Below, piece by piece: positions 56,226-64,000 of a stretch of 64,000 nt of DNA; positions within the stretch are counted from its first letter, which is position 1, and every line of letters starts with the position of its first letter. The notes under the pieces are model-generated. The model saw only the letters and a program-made list of their open reading frames with translations. It was not told the DNA's origin and did no database searches. The stretch lies in IMG/VR virus record IMGVR_UViG_3300028027_000061, one strand, 5' to 3'. This DNA comes from a virus. Position numbers and translations under genes: made by a program.

Positions 56226-56727
56226 TATATCAGTTGTTGATACAATCTGAATGCTGCGTAGGACAGGGGTGCAACTCCCCTCGCCTCCACCATAGATAAA
56301 GCAACAGGGACTATACAGCGTACGTAATATAGGAACTGGCTGACCGCATGGCTTGCCCCAAGGGATAATGTTTGGGGGCGTCGTAACTGGATGGGAGTCA
56401 TGACCTTGGATGTTACTTCAAGTTGGTGCTTTATCTATGATGGGGGCGTACTTAGGATTCGACTGCGAGTTGAAGGCGAGAGTAGACTGATTGACTGGGT
56501 AAAGTGCCCACAAAAAGTAAATGCAAACGATAACGTTGCCTTTGCAGGATATGCGCTAGCCGCATGATCCCATTGGGTTTTTGATAGTTTTTCCTCGAAA
56601 CAGAATAAAACTATCAACCGTTCGATTAAACGGGTGGACCGAGTTGCTCTGCGGTTCTATGCTTATAAATATTTGCATAACCCACTACGCCTCTACTTGA
56701 AAAAGCACGCATAGTGGGTTTTTTTTG
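56226..56727 (+). ncRNA. ssrA: circularly permuted (two-piece) tmRNA gene: acceptor piece about 56230-56292, intervening segment, coding piece from 56442. Tag ORF 56523-56567 (ANDNVAFAGYALAA*).
   Basis: 3' piece ...ggacaggggtgcaactcccctCGCCTCCaCCA (T-arm plus acceptor 3' strand plus ACCA, ending at 56292). 5' piece GGGGGCGtacttaGGATTCGAC (56442-). This gives a 7-bp acceptor stem with a G3:U70 wobble, the AlaRS identity element. Resume codon GCA and a tag ending ALAA-stop. Terminator at 56681-56727. Confidence 0.7.
56681..56727 (+). terminator. rho-independent terminator of the tmRNA transcript
   Basis: Hairpin cccactacgc ... gcatagtggg followed by T8. Confidence 0.6.
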
Positions 56728-56797
56728 TCTTCGGGCAACCAGTGTGGGGAGTCACTGGATAATACCCTCTCAAGTTTAACAAGTATTAGGAAATAAG

Positions 56798-57403
56798 ATG
56801 ACTTCCTTTAACAAGAAGTTTTTCAAGTTTCTTTCGATTTTTACAGTATTAGTATATAGTTTATATGGAATCAATTCATATGCTGAAGATGCTATCGAGA
56901 GAGATACGAGGGAATATTCCCTCGGCTTTGTAGAAGTAATCCAAGAGATTAAAGAAGATGCGGCAGAAGAAAAGAAGAAAACCGCACTAAGAAAAATTGA
57001 AACCCAAAACATACATTTAGCAAATAATCGCGAATTGAAGTGTCTAGCAGACAATATTTACTACGAGGCAGGAAACCAGTCAACTCAAGGAAAGTTGGCG
57101 GTTGCTGCAGTAACTATCAATCGCGTAAAAAGTCCCAAGTTCCCGAAGTCTGTATGCGCAGTCGTGTATCAGAGAACTAAGCGTGTTTGCCAGTTCTCAT
57201 GGGTATGCGAAGGTAAAAAAACTGTGCGCAGTGCCCAGCAATATTCAGAATCTAAAAAAGTTGCTGAAAAAGTATTGCTTTCTGGGGCAAATCACGGTAT
57301 ACTTGGACGTAACGTGCTATTCTACCATGCGGATTATGTAAATCCAAGATGGAACTTGAGGCGTGTTGCGAAAATCGGTGATCACATTTTTTATGCAGGA
57401 TAA
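56798..57403 (+). CDS. secreted SleB/Hydrolase_2-family cell-wall hydrolase (endolysin candidate)
   Basis: Signal peptide. Domain LAVAAVTINRVKSPKFPKSVCAVVYQ ... QFSWVCEG typical of SleB-like lytic transglycosylase/amidase_2. Confidence 0.6.
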   Translation: MTSFNKKFFKFLSIFTVLVYSLYGINSYAEDAIERDTREYSLGFVEVIQEIKEDAAEEKKKTALRKIETQNIHLANNRELKCLADNIYYEAGNQSTQGKLAVAAVTINRVKSPKFPKSVCAVVYQRTKRVCQFSWVCEGKKTVRSAQQYSESKKVAEKVLLSGANHGILGRNVLFYHADYVNPRWNLRRVAKIGDHIFYAG

Positions 57404-57408
57404 TAACT

Positions 57409-57684
57409 TTGAATATGGTAATGGATGGTTCTGAAGTAACCAATGAATTTTTAATTACGAAAGAGTATAATTCAGCAACTGAGTTCTCTCAATTTATTGA
57501 GAAACAATCATTCGAGAATGGTATTCCTTGTTTGGATATTCTTCTTGACTATTGTGTCAAAAAAGATATTGAGATGGAATCAGTTGCTGTTTTACTCACC
57601 ACTTCTCTCAAAGAGAAGATTCGAGCAGAAGCAGAAGAACTAAATATGTTAAAGCGCAAATCTGGTGGGAAATTACCTCTTTAA
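57409..57684 (+). CDS. small protein upstream of gp59 (gp33/DsbA-position protein)
   Basis: 91 aa. Same position as T4 33/dsbA next to gene 59. Sequence not diagnostic. Confidence 0.3.
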   Translation: MNMVMDGSEVTNEFLITKEYNSATEFSQFIEKQSFENGIPCLDILLDYCVKKDIEMESVAVLLTTSLKEKIRAEAEELNMLKRKSGGKLPL

Positions 57685-58286
57685 TGCAAGCATATGAAGT
57701 TTATCGCCTCTACATGGCACTTAAACTACACTTCACTACTGAGTCATATGACGTCACTGTTACTAAAGGTGCCGTCAAGTCATCAGAATCTGCCTTCTTA
57801 AAACGAAGAGATGTTTTCCTATTCAGGAAACTGGCGAAGAAGTTCGTCGCTCGTCAAGAAATTATCAACTACTTTGTTGCAAACTTTGCAGCAGGAGATA
57901 AGAACGGCGGCATCTTTAATGCAGATTCTGATGACATCTATGAAAAGTGGAAGGGTAGACAAGACAGATTGTCTTACATGTTCACAAACGATATTAATCG
58001 TTTACTCTTAGAAGCAGAGAAGGCAGAACAAGATCCCTTTGTATCTGTCAACAATCAACATCCAATAATTATTAAGATGTTATTGGGAAATAAAATTTCA
58101 CTAGAAACAGTTATTATACTTGACAAACTACTAGATTTCAGGTATAATGTAAATACTGAATTGTTGAATGATTTTATCTGGAATGATTTAAATCTTTTGA
58201 TAATTAAGTATCGTCCGTTCGTTCGTTTCGATCGGTCGAAATTCTCTCAACTATGGATCAAGGAGAAAGGCCAAGTGGTCTGTTAA
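57684..58286 (+). CDS. 59: gp59-like helicase loading protein
   Basis: N-terminal YEVYRLYMALKLHFT...YDV ... LKRRDVFLFRKLAKKF parallels T4 gp59 (VYKLYLMIKQHMNGKYDV ... QKRRDKYFFQKLSEKY). Directly upstream of gene 32. Confidence 0.6.
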   Translation: MQAYEVYRLYMALKLHFTTESYDVTVTKGAVKSSESAFLKRRDVFLFRKLAKKFVARQEIINYFVANFAAGDKNGGIFNADSDDIYEKWKGRQDRLSYMFTNDINRLLLEAEKAEQDPFVSVNNQHPIIIKMLLGNKISLETVIILDKLLDFRYNVNTELLNDFIWNDLNLLIIKYRPFVRFDRSKFSQLWIKEKGQVVC

Positions 58287-58463
58287 ATGGGTAACTCAAG
58301 AAGTAGGGACTATTGGGGAAATGATGAACCAAAAGTAAGAGAAGTACGTAAAGGTGTTGATAAATCAAATAAACACCGCAAGAACCTGTATAAATACTCA
58401 GGTAGTAATGATGCTGAAGAGTATGACGACTACGATGATTATGATACAAATCGCAAATACTAA
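58286..58463 (+). CDS. small acidic protein (58 aa)
   Basis: ORF between 59 and 32. Confidence 0.3.
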
Positions 58464-58492
58464 CATACAACGCAAATATAAGGACAATACAT

Positions 58493-59416
58493 ATGTCAAT
58501 TAATTCACTATCAGAACTCCGCAAAAATCGCGGAAACTTCGACTCACTCATGAAGGCAGTTGAGTCAATCGCAAACCCATCAAATGAAAAGCGTGGCGAC
58601 GACGATCGCTTCTGGAAACCGACTGTCGATAAGGCAGGTAACGGTCAAGCAGTGCTTCGTTTCCTCCCTGCTCCTGCAGGTGAAGAACTTCCTTGGGTTC
58701 GCGTCTTTGATCATGGTTTCCAGGGTCCAACTGGAAAGTGGTATATCGAAAACTCGTTGACCACAATCAACAAACCAGATCCCGTTGGCGAACTGAATTC
58801 CGAACTTTGGAACTCGGGTATCGAAGCGAATAAGGAAATTGCTCGTAAGCAGAAGCGTCGTCTTTCTTACATCTCAAATGTGCTGGTCGTTCGTGACCCT
58901 GCCAATCCTGAGAATGAAGGTAAGGTCTTCCTCTACAAGTATGGTAAGAAAATCTTTGACAAGATCAAGGATGTAATGCAACCAACCTTTGAAGATGAAA
59001 AACCAGTCAACCCATTTGACCTTTGGGAAGGTGCTAACTTCAAGTTGCGCATTCGTCAGGTTGAAGGTTATCGTAACTACGATAAGTCAGAATTCGATGG
59101 TCCAATGCCTCTTGATGATGATGAAGATAAGTTGGAGAAGATTTGGAAGAATGCGCATTCGCTTGCCACTTTCCTAGATCCTTCGAACTTTAAGTCATAT
59201 GATGAATTGAAGGCGAAGATGAATGCTGTTCTCACAGGTGGTGCTCGTATGGCAACTGCTGAGAAGGTTAATCCGCTTGATGCTGAGGATGAACTGTTCG
59301 TTGAAACCAAGATGCGCAATGCACCTGCTGCTAAGGCAACGGATGACACTCCACCTTGGAAAGAAGACAGTGACGATGACACGATGAATTACTTCTCGAG
59401 TCTCGCTGATGACTAA
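58493..59416 (+). CDS. 32: gp32 single-stranded DNA-binding protein
   Basis: Clear similarity to T4 gp32 blocks: DKAGNGQAVLRFLP, HGFQGPTGKWYIE, NVLVVRDPANPENEGKVFLYKYGKKI, WEGANFKLRIRQV, acidic C-terminal tail. Confidence 0.85.
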   Translation: MSINSLSELRKNRGNFDSLMKAVESIANPSNEKRGDDDRFWKPTVDKAGNGQAVLRFLPAPAGEELPWVRVFDHGFQGPTGKWYIENSLTTINKPDPVGELNSELWNSGIEANKEIARKQKRRLSYISNVLVVRDPANPENEGKVFLYKYGKKIFDKIKDVMQPTFEDEKPVNPFDLWEGANFKLRIRQVEGYRNYDKSEFDGPMPLDDDEDKLEKIWKNAHSLATFLDPSNFKSYDELKAKMNAVLTGGARMATAEKVNPLDAEDELFVETKMRNAPAAKATDDTPPWKEDSDDDTMNYFSSLADD

Positions 59417-59419
59417 AAA

Positions 59420-59450
59420 CTTGGGGGAGCGTTTCGCTCCCCCATTTCAT
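59420..59450. terminator. bidirectional rho-independent terminator between convergent genes
   Basis: Perfect hairpin gggggagcg-tttc-cgctccccc flanked by A-run and T-run. Confidence 0.6.
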
Positions 59451-61954
59451 TATGCTACTGCTCTTTTTTCCTGGAATCTCAACCACGTGCTATCAGTTGG
59501 TCTTGCGTTGATATAATCTCTACCAGAACCAAACACAGGAGATTGCTGCGTATTGGCAGGTGCTTGAATTACTGTTGGTGGTGGCACGTTTATTACTGGT
59601 GCAGCAGATTTAGCAGTCATATCAGTACCACGTTCAATTACTGCGCCATCTAGATTTCTTCCAGTTTCCAATCCTGCAGTCTTACCGACTGGTTTAATTT
59701 GTGAACCAGAATATTCACCAGATGCCATTTTTTCTTCAGTACTATCAACCAACCCAAAGGTCAACCCACTCGCAATATTTCTTCCTGCGTTGAGGAATTT
59801 TTGCCCTGTTGTTGCCTTTTCGTCTGCATTAAAACCTTTATAAGCATCGTATGCTGCCATACCTGCTGCGAGTGGTAAAGCAACTTTACCCAATACTCTA
59901 CCAGCAAATCTTCCTGCAGTTCCTAACCGTCTTCCAGCGGAACCAAGGAACGAAGATGCTTTAGCAGGCATTTTTTTCGCAGAACCCATAACTCTATTGA
60001 ACATGCTCGGTTTTTTCGCAGCACCAGCAGCAGTAGCACCAACAGCGCCTGTTGCCGCAGTAGATGCTAAAGAAGAAGTAGGTGCAGATGTAGGTGCAGA
60101 TGTAGGTGCAGATGTAGGTGCAGATGTAGGTGCAGATGTAGGTGTGTCGCCAGGAAGCGCATTGAGATCTCTCGCTGCCAAACCAGCATCAATTCCTAGT
60201 GAAGCTGCAGTTCCCAAAAACGGAACAGTTCCTGCTGCTCCTGATGCAACTTCTAATCCTGCGCCAACAAAGTCTCCCTGCAATGCTCTTTGTGCGCCAA
60301 AACCAAGGCCAGCAAGTATACTTACGCCTGGAATTTTTTTCAGTAGTGACTTACCTGCTGCCTTTGCACCGAGTTTACTTGCGCCAGATTTACCTATCCC
60401 AGTAGCACCCTTTACTTTATCCCATGCGTTGGACCAGAAACCACCTTTTGGTTTTGCTGATGGGACATCATTTGCAGCAGGAGGAATATTTGGTCTAGTT
60501 CTTGTAGAAGGTTCCGCAGTTCCTGGTTTTTTGGGTGGAGTTTTTTCTTCTGTTTCTGGACCTTGATATGTTGGGCGTTCGTTTACTCTCTTTTTTTGTT
60601 CCTCAACCATTCTGTCATCATCATTGGCAGCCGGAGGAATTTTTACTCCAGGATCATTCGCAGGAGTTGGTAAGGTTCTACTTGGTGTTTGTCCTGGAAC
60701 AGTTTTGGGTGCTTGACCTGGAACAGTTTTGGGTGCTTGACCTGGAACTCGAGTTACATCGTTCGCTGGGGCGTTTGGTGTGGTTCTTGTTCCTGGCATA
60801 GATTCGGGTGCACCGACACTCGATTTGCCGAACCCAAGTTTATCCTTTGCCCAATCCCAAGCACCAACTGCACCTGCTGCTAAACCAGCGGCTGCAGCAG
60901 CACCAGCAGCAAGAATACCAGTTCCTCTGCCTCTCACTCTTGCTCTTTGACTTTGTCCAGGTCTTCTTCGTGGGTCCGGAAGATCTATATCCGGAACAGG
61001 ACTATCACCCGTGCATTGACATGAACAAACACAATCTTTAATTTTGTTCAACATATCCATGAGGTCTGACCAACGAGTTTCCCATGGATCCATGGCGTCA
61101 GTAGCACTTCTGCTAAATGCAGGATCAGTTTCTCGGATTCCGGATTTTAATTCTTCTATATCGCTTCTTGATACCGCATCGGGTTTATTATCAGGATTTG
61201 ATAGACTTGTTGTTTGTTCTCCACCACCAGTTTCAAACTTATCTTGATCGGGCGAATTGGTATTCGATGAATTGACAGAATCTAATATTTTTCCAAAATC
61301 ACTGGCGCTGGACTCAGCGAGAGCAACTTTTTTGTTTTCGTAATCTGCCTTTGCTCGTATTCTTTCTCTTCTCTCTTCATCCTTAACAAAACTGCCACCA
61401 AGACCTTTTCTGAACCCATATGAAAAGTCTTTCAAGACGGATCCAAATATGCTAGTCCCTTGCACCTTTGCCTCGGCAGGCGTCTTCCCTGTGACATTAC
61501 GCATAAAGCGATTTTTGAATGTATCCTGATCACCCGTAAGCGTGGCGTTTGCGTCCTGGAATTTTTCTTGTAGAACAGATTCTTTTAATCGTTCACCAAC
61601 ACTCTTTAGTTGTTCATTGCCAGATTTATCTGCAGAAAGCATTATCTTTTCAGCAAGTTCTGCGAGACGCTTTAACTCTTCAGAATTTTTACCTTGAAGT
61701 TTGCTGATTTCTTTTACTACATCTTTCAATAATGTTTTGTCTTCATCAACAAGATTTTCTACTAGATCTTTGTTTGCAAGTTCTATTGATTTTGCAAAAT
61801 CAGTTACGATTCTTGCAACTGATGTATCAGAAACAGATTTCATTGACTCCGTGCTAACAGATGCAAGAACTTTAACGAGAATTTCGTCTCGTTGTTCAGG
61901 TGTCAGTTTCTGCGCACCCTTTTTAGTATTTTCTTGTTCAATATTAGGCAACAT
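59450..61954 (-). CDS. large virion protein with helical N-terminus and Gly/Ala/Pro-rich repeat region (tape-measure-like)
   Basis: 834 aa. Coiled-coil N-terminal third. Hydrophobic G/A stretches (GILAAGAAAAAGLAAGAVGAW). Tandem peptide repeats (TSAP)x5 and (QAPKTVPG)x3 encoded by nucleotide tandem repeats. Confidence 0.45.
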   Translation of the reverse strand: MLPNIEQENTKKGAQKLTPEQRDEILVKVLASVSTESMKSVSDTSVARIVTDFAKSIELANKDLVENLVDEDKTLLKDVVKEISKLQGKNSEELKRLAELAEKIMLSADKSGNEQLKSVGERLKESVLQEKFQDANATLTGDQDTFKNRFMRNVTGKTPAEAKVQGTSIFGSVLKDFSYGFRKGLGGSFVKDEERRERIRAKADYENKKVALAESSASDFGKILDSVNSSNTNSPDQDKFETGGGEQTTSLSNPDNKPDAVSRSDIEELKSGIRETDPAFSRSATDAMDPWETRWSDLMDMLNKIKDCVCSCQCTGDSPVPDIDLPDPRRRPGQSQRARVRGRGTGILAAGAAAAAGLAAGAVGAWDWAKDKLGFGKSSVGAPESMPGTRTTPNAPANDVTRVPGQAPKTVPGQAPKTVPGQTPSRTLPTPANDPGVKIPPAANDDDRMVEEQKKRVNERPTYQGPETEEKTPPKKPGTAEPSTRTRPNIPPAANDVPSAKPKGGFWSNAWDKVKGATGIGKSGASKLGAKAAGKSLLKKIPGVSILAGLGFGAQRALQGDFVGAGLEVASGAAGTVPFLGTAASLGIDAGLAARDLNALPGDTPTSAPTSAPTSAPTSAPTSAPTSSLASTAATGAVGATAAGAAKKPSMFNRVMGSAKKMPAKASSFLGSAGRRLGTAGRFAGRVLGKVALPLAAGMAAYDAYKGFNADEKATTGQKFLNAGRNIASGLTFGLVDSTEEKMASGEYSGSQIKPVGKTAGLETGRNLDGAVIERGTDMTAKSAAPVINVPPPTVIQAPANTQQSPVFGSGRDYINARPTDSTWLRFQEKRAVA

Positions 61955-62136
61955 GGAGTTTAATTATCCTTGATTCTGTTCTTCTTGTTTTTTCTTCAAG
62001 TGGGTCAGCAATAAACCAATATACACTTCCCTTTCCCAAGGTATCATATTCTCTAATTCGGTTAAACTATATTTATGCTCGTGCATCAATATGAAATTAG
62101 TTTTATAGAAATTCATCAAATTGTCATGAGAAAGGG

Positions 62137-62835
62137 TTACCCGAAAAAACTTTCTAGTCCATCAATTACCACGACATTTTCAGTCTCACATTTCGGGCAT
62201 TTGTATTCAATAACTTTCTCAACTCTTGGTGCAGTTTTGAAGAATTCTGAAATTTTTTCAAACTGTTCAGAGGTCAGACCGTCAACAAATTTAATCACTT
62301 CTTCGATTGGTTCATCGTTTGTTGAGAAAATTTCTTCTTTAGTATAAATCGCATCAATCGCCGCGACCATGATGTCGAATACCTTTAAGTCATCCTGGAT
62401 TAATGTCTCAGCGGCAGGATACTTCATGATCACACCAATATCATCTGTTAATTGGATCTTGTTGCTATGATTTTCTGTTATCTGTAGTTCTATGGTTGAT
62501 AGATCGAGTTCGAATGGAGTTCTGTGACTGCACTCACCACAAATTAAATTGAATTCAGAACTACCACCAATAGATTGCGAGCGCAATTTTACAAATATGT
62601 TTTGTAAATCAAAGAATGGAAGTTCTTTACCATTAACTGCCCCTTTACTGCAAGCAGTAATCACATCTTGCATTGCTTTAAGAATATCTGATTTATTACC
62701 AGATTCTTGCGCCATTATTAGAAGTTTTTCTTCTTTGACGAGGAATGGTCGAAATTCGACCTTTAGATTTTTTGAATAAATTTCAATTTCAAAAGTAGGT
62801 GTTTCTAACACGGGAATCATTATTATATTCTCCAA
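62137..62835 (-). CDS. structural/assembly protein with zinc-ribbon (CGEC ... CPKC)
   Basis: 232 aa in the late structural block. Confidence 0.4.
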   Translation of the reverse strand: MENIIMIPVLETPTFEIEIYSKNLKVEFRPFLVKEEKLLIMAQESGNKSDILKAMQDVITACSKGAVNGKELPFFDLQNIFVKLRSQSIGGSSEFNLICGECSHRTPFELDLSTIELQITENHSNKIQLTDDIGVIMKYPAAETLIQDDLKVFDIMVAAIDAIYTKEEIFSTNDEPIEEVIKFVDGLTSEQFEKISEFFKTAPRVEKVIEYKCPKCETENVVVIDGLESFFG

Positions 62836-62848
62836 ATAATTATATTGT

Positions 62849-63496
62849 TTAAATTACGACGTCGTCTTCTTCAGTTATATCTTCCGGAAATCCATCTGGT
62901 TGATCTTCCGCTGAAAATTGCATTGGATTACCTTCTGGGTCATATCCGCCAATTGCTCTCCAATTTTTATATGTGAAAGTCACAGGCATGCGTAAAACTT
63001 GCGCATTTGTTCCAGATGCTTGAATTGGTGCCAATGATCTCGGGAATGCGCCCTCAATTCTCCATTGCACAACAACTTCATCTTTGTTGTTCAGGGCGAC
63101 CAAGTCAATATCAGCAACATAATCGTCTGGGTATTCGACATATCTTGTTACTGGGTTAACAATTTGCCGCATCCAGTCTCCAAAAAAGTCTTTAACAGTC
63201 CACGATGCATCAACCAAAAATGTCATTGAGATCGAATCTCCACCGAAGTCAATAGACGTTGCACGTGGATAATTTAAATTGTTCAATCTATATGCTCTCG
63301 TTCCGATAAGCAATCCAGGAAAAATTATATCTTCCACCATCATGGAGATTATTTTTGGAGATTCTCCCTGTGAAGTATAATGACTTTGCATAATTTGTGG
63401 ATAATTGAACATTACCTCAAATCTATTAGATCTTGCTAAGTCAGTTTTCTTGACTTGTGAGATGAAATCTGATATACTGTGGAATGCCTGCACCAT
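62849..63496 (-). CDS. tail tube / baseplate tube family protein (gp19/gp48/gp54-like)
   Basis: N-terminal DLARSNRFEVMFNYP resembles T4 gp19 DFARPNLFQVEISY and gp48 NLFQCQLF. Confidence 0.5.
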   Translation of the reverse strand: MVQAFHSISDFISQVKKTDLARSNRFEVMFNYPQIMQSHYTSQGESPKIISMMVEDIIFPGLLIGTRAYRLNNLNYPRATSIDFGGDSISMTFLVDASWTVKDFFGDWMRQIVNPVTRYVEYPDDYVADIDLVALNNKDEVVVQWRIEGAFPRSLAPIQASGTNAQVLRMPVTFTYKNWRAIGGYDPEGNPMQFSAEDQPDGFPEDITEEDDVVI

Positions 63497-63993
63497 TAAA
63501 ATTTGCTCCTAGAATCTCTGAATACCTGTTCTTTTGTGGCACCCACAAAGTTCTCGATCGGCAAGAATATTGCTGCTTGCCAATCTTCAGGGTTGACTTT
63601 CATGAATTGTGAATTAACGTGGTTGGTCAAGTAATGTTTGATACACGGTTTGACCTCATTCGCATTCTTCAAGTTGTTTAATAGATTGTATGACATACGT
63701 AACTTGGTTGTTTCAGAATATGTCTTGGTTGTCTTGTAATCTAACAATTCGCCCAGAACTTGTGCTCGTAGCAGGTAAGGCAGGTAATGTAAGTTGATTC
63801 CATAGAATCCACCTTTTGCTGGACCGAATGGTAACACCAACGGAAAGGTGTCATAGAAAGGAAGTTCTTCCTTCAACTTTGGGTCGTAGAAATACAGATA
63901 CATTGAACCAATCTCGATATTGGTTTTCAATTCACCAATATCTGATTTCATTACGCTGCTCTGAGACAACCTCGCGCCAACGAGGTTTTTCAC
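63496..63993 (-). CDS. structural protein, probably 5'-truncated by the window edge
   Basis: Open frame continues to the end of the window. ATGA overlap with the downstream tube gene. Confidence 0.35.
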   Translation of the reverse strand: MKNLVGARLSQSSVMKSDIGELKTNIEIGSMYLYFYDPKLKEELPFYDTFPLVLPFGPAKGGFYGINLHYLPYLLRAQVLGELLDYKTTKTYSETTKLRMSYNLLNNLKNANEVKPCIKHYLTNHVNSQFMKVNPEDWQAAIFLPIENFVGATKEQVFRDSRSKF

Positions 63994-64000
63994 ATTGTTC

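Noticed and set aside
58441-58492. Possible late promoter upstream of gene 32 (caaatataagga)
   Set aside because: Not an exact TATAAATA. T4 gene 32 uses several promoters, but the sequence alone does not support a call.
60095-60150. Short direct repeats that could be mistaken for a CRISPR array
   Set aside because: 12-nt units without spacers. They are in-frame coding repeats of the tape-measure-like gene. No CRISPR array or cas genes are present anywhere in the window.
59997-60801. Plus-strand ORFs (189 aa and 88 aa) with Ala/Val/Gly repeats
   Set aside because: These are the antisense reading of the GC-rich repeat region of the minus-strand 834-aa gene. The repeat-driven open frames are artefacts.

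Overview
This window looks like part of the genome of a T4-like myovirus, about 38-40% GC. Homologues of gp32 and gp59 are present. So are a gp19/gp48/gp54-type tube protein, a tape-measure-like protein, dCMP deaminase, PhoH and a GIY-YIG endonuclease. Two features point to an alphaproteobacterial host: a GapR/DUF2312 homologue and a circularly permuted two-piece tmRNA gene.

The 5' end carries about 12 tRNA genes in three clusters. One has an odd anticodon-UAA class-I structure and one is a degenerate tRNA-like element. More than 15 copies of a strongly conserved sigma70-type early promoter (GGGCTTGACA-N16/17-TATAGT/TATAAT) are spread across the window. There are a few TATAAATA late-promoter-like sites and several rho-independent terminators.

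The accessory content stands out in five places.
- A tightly packed operon (33.8-40.5 kb) encodes CsgF, CsgG, two curlin-repeat proteins, a FecR-like secreted protein and a CHASE2 class-III nucleotide cyclase.
- A cluster (41.9-52.4 kb) holds six tandem divergent radical-SAM paralogs with an N-terminal Cys motif that I read as SPASM-like. It also holds a small methyltransferase, an SGNH-like hydrolase and a NodU/CmcH carbamoyltransferase.
- A TET/JBP-like dioxygenase sits next to a GT-A glycosyltransferase and a PD-(D/E)xK-like nuclease (28.6-33.2 kb).
- A second biosynthetic-looking cluster (3.2-7.9 kb) has a GT, a COQ4-like protein, a B12-radical SAM, an SDR and a cupin oxygenase.
- A permuted tmRNA with tag ANDNVAFAGYALAA lies between a TauD-like gene and a SleB-type secreted endolysin.

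All coordinates and family calls come from reading the sequence and from remembered motifs. Nothing was searched against a database.
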